Below are positions 60,901 to 64,000 of a stretch of DNA of 64,000 bases, piece after piece (the first letter of the stretch is position 1; the number at the start of each line of letters is the position of its first letter). A program made the position numbers and the translations under genes. The DNA is from Tubulanus polymorphus (taxonomy: Eukaryota; Animalia; Nemertea). The stretch lies in NCBI RefSeq assembly GCF_964204645.1, contig NC_134033.1:13214655-13278654 (forward strand). The letters are read 5' to 3'. The notes under the pieces are model-generated. The model saw only the letters and a list, made by a program, of their open reading frames with translations, had not been told where the DNA came from and did not search any database.

Positions 60901-62449
60901 GTTGATCTCATATGACGCAGACACGAACACTACTACTGCTTATCACACACGCACGCACGAGATCATCGATAAACCTGTCCATGCACAGATCGGCAATTTT
61001 CCAAATTCCCTCAATTGTGAACTTGTTTCGGTGATGAATCGCTCTGGAATAATACGCGTGCGCGGCAACAACAAAACCACTTCCGCTTAAAGATGACACA
61101 TATTTTTTTAGGTTGAGCTCTGCAGTAAAAATTAAGCACTCGGCAATGTTTGCGCAGCAGCGCGCCAACTTGCTGTATGCAGTTTTTTGCAAAATGCGTA
61201 GACAGCTTGAATAAACCTTCGCATTGGAAAACGTATAGAATTATTTTCCAAAAAAAAAAAATATGTAACAATGCAAAAAAGAACTAAAAACTAGAGGCAT
61301 TCACAAGCAATGAAGGCAAGATTCACATGCATTATGGATTTTTTCTCTCTTAAAGACTGCAATAATTGGTATCCCCATGCATGCATGTACAATCTGTCGT
61401 AAGAAACAACTTAGTGCCACAACAATCTGAGTGATCAACAAAAAAGCAACTTACATCGATTGTAAAATTGATTCAGAAAACCGATTGAGAAATAGATAGT
61501 ATTTTCATAGGAAAACATTGAAAATAGTAAAGTAAGATAGAATTTTGAGTATAAACAATAAGAACTAAAGAACTAAAGCGCTTGGAAGCCATCGTATTTT
61601 TCCGCAAAAAAATCCTTGCATATATGAGCCATACTATATTTCATTCAGATGACTGTGAGATTGCACAGGTACAGATCCAGGGGGTGCTTTGAGTGGTCAG
61701 GACGCATGAAAATGAGACTTATTCTCCCCTTTGAAAATCCTGGATCTGCCCCGTCATATATGGCCCTGAAAGAAGTAAATGTAGGCTGTATTTCTATATG
61801 CAACCTATATATGCATCCTCCAAAGTGATAACCAACACTAAAACTTGGAAATCATAGAAAAATTCCCAAATACCATGAACATGTTGGGCTTCGGTTTAAC
61901 TTTACTTTAAATCGAAAAGCATGCGTAGATATTGGGAATAATCAAATATGTTTCATATTGGCAATATGGACAGTTGTTTCTTACAACAGATACATCTATA
62001 ATATCCGGAACTGCAATTGCATCATGCATGGTTCTGGGTAATGCAATGAACAAACAGCAATTACCTTTATTTAGAGGTGATAAATCAATATATAAAAGAG
62101 TATGATATTAACAACTTTGTCATAATGAATGCATTTTCATCATATCTATATATACTAATAGCACCAACGAGTATTTCCGCGAAATTTTTTTGCAAGCAGA
62201 TCAGCATGAACTAGTGCAACAGCTATTTCAATACAGGACACATCGCTGTAGCGCAGCGGTAACAGTAAAGTACATGTACTTGACTTTCATTCCAGATTTT
62301 GTTTTCGCATCTTAATCTTTCTCTTACACAGTTTGTTTACCGAATACGCATTTTTACAACATTCACAATTCAGTGACATTCTGACTCAAACTTCAAATAT
62401 CTACCCTGGAGTTCACCTCCGGAAAAGGGGTTTTGTTTTGCGTTCTACA

Positions 62450-63570
62450 ATTCTTTGACCAAGTGACTCACTACAAACATATGAGTCTATACCAGTCTGA
62501 ACAGCTCACTCAAAAAGATCTGCAAAATTCCCATGGTTTCCAGGGGTACTTGTGTTAAATAGTTTCTTTGAATGAATGCTTCGTCAATGCTCTTCAAGCC
62601 TCATCAACCACTTTTCCACCAAAACAACGCAATCTTTCTATGATATCAATCATGATATACATATGTACAAAAATTTGATATGCATAATAGCATTTGATCC
62701 CAAAATAAGGTACCATCTGATACATTCCCATTTACTCTGTTCTAGGGCTAACAGCTTGCTTCCGGCTCATTAACCACCAGATAGAATATAAATATATCCA
62801 TAATTTATAGGAAATCCAAAATCCAACGATTAACTACGTCCCGTAGATCATCCATCCCGAATTGGATCAAAATAATTTCAAAAGCAAAAGGGAATATACA
62901 AATTTGTGATAAAAGTTGACAAATGCTGGATGACCCTCAGCCAAGTAAAGAAAATGGATCCGTTGATCTTAACGAGTAACATAGAAGAAACCAGGGGCTG
63001 GAAGGATTCCCATGTAAGACAGAAGTGTAGAATCTGATGAAATTAATGCTTAATGCAACAAAAATCATATCATAATTTTGTTGTAAGATGCAGCAAAAAT
63101 GTAATTTACATAAAGGAAAACATAAAGATTTAATGAAAACCTTCCAGTGCAACCAGGTCGAGACACAATTTTGCCATTAAGACTTGAATCAGGGACACCA
63201 TGCCATTTGGTAACGGGTGAAATGCTTGATTTCAATATTCAAGGGTTAACATATACCATAACCGATGAAGGAACTTGCCGCAATCATGGAAAATGCCATT
63301 GGCTACAATTTTGTAATAGATTGTGAAAACAAAATATGCTTTGTACTCGTACATATAGATAGAAATGCCGAGTTTATTCAATATTGATTGCCCCCCAGTG
63401 AAGATATGCAGACACCAATGACCTAGAATTTCTCCAAAATCATAGAACATGTCATTAGCGATAATTTTGCAAATGATTCTATCAAACGTCCCAACATGAT
63501 TAAGAGAAATTGCATTCACCCACGTGGAAACTGGATAATCAACGAAGTCGGTAATTAATCTCAAACATCA
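62450..63570 (-). pseudogene. Possible decayed LRR-receptor relic
   Basis: Repeated KIIANDMFYDFGEIL / KIVANGIFHDCGKFL resembling LRR I...F..L units, followed by hydrophobic and stop-interrupted coding-like sequence. Confidence 0.25.
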
Positions 63571-64000
63571 AGAATATAAGTTAAAAACATGTTGATTCCT
63601 CTAAAAGCCTTCTAACTCCATAACACCAATGAGGATAGACGAGATGGCTACCATTTACTGATCAAGTCTGATATGCTTAAGATCTCTCCCCAAAGTATGC
63701 CCATCACAAATGGCAAACCATAAAGAAGCTACATGACTATGATTCAAGCCATAAATCATATATAATTAATGGGGAGGGCAAAAAGGTCACTAAAAATATT
63801 ACTTCCACTTTAGACGAATGGATGAAAAGTGACGACAACAGCTAGCCCCGGGGCTACGTCAAACAGGCTAAAAACAAAACACCACACCAGTGCGTTATAA
63901 TGATGGTGGTATAACAAGGCAACTAGGTGTGAATACGAGACTTTTTACAACGATAAAGTTGTTGATAATGAAGTGAAAATCGGAACTGTTGTACACGTGA

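Overview
AT-rich animal genomic DNA with compact GT-AG introns. The gene repertoire suggests a marine invertebrate, probably a lophotrochozoan (inference). Genes left to right: the 3' part of a large GRL101-like LDLa/LRR GPCR with extra CUB-like and C-type-lectin modules (+, open at the window edge); ERICH6/FAM194A-like (-); an unrecognised secreted prepropeptide gene (-; signal peptide, RQKR site, cationic 4-Cys mature peptide) whose 2.4-kb intron contains a complete antisense HNMT-like SAM methyltransferase gene; MCM7 (+, 15 coding exons); MBLAC1 (-, 5 coding exons); a repeat/relic zone (rearranged C-type-lectin relic, old ~345-bp satellite, young ~58-bp satellite, (CAG)31, 41-bp minisatellite, decayed Penelope-like retroelement); a multi-exon gene for an uncharacterised membrane protein with a Cys-rich ectodomain (-); and a tail of decayed sequence that includes a palindrome with a hammerhead-like core. 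Many small non-autonomous DNA transposons and tRNA-derived SINEs lie in introns. The most notable items are the peptide gene with its nested methyltransferase, the MCM7-MBLAC1 adjacency that mirrors human 7q22, and the hammerhead-like palindrome. Exon boundaries were read by eye and no database searches were run.
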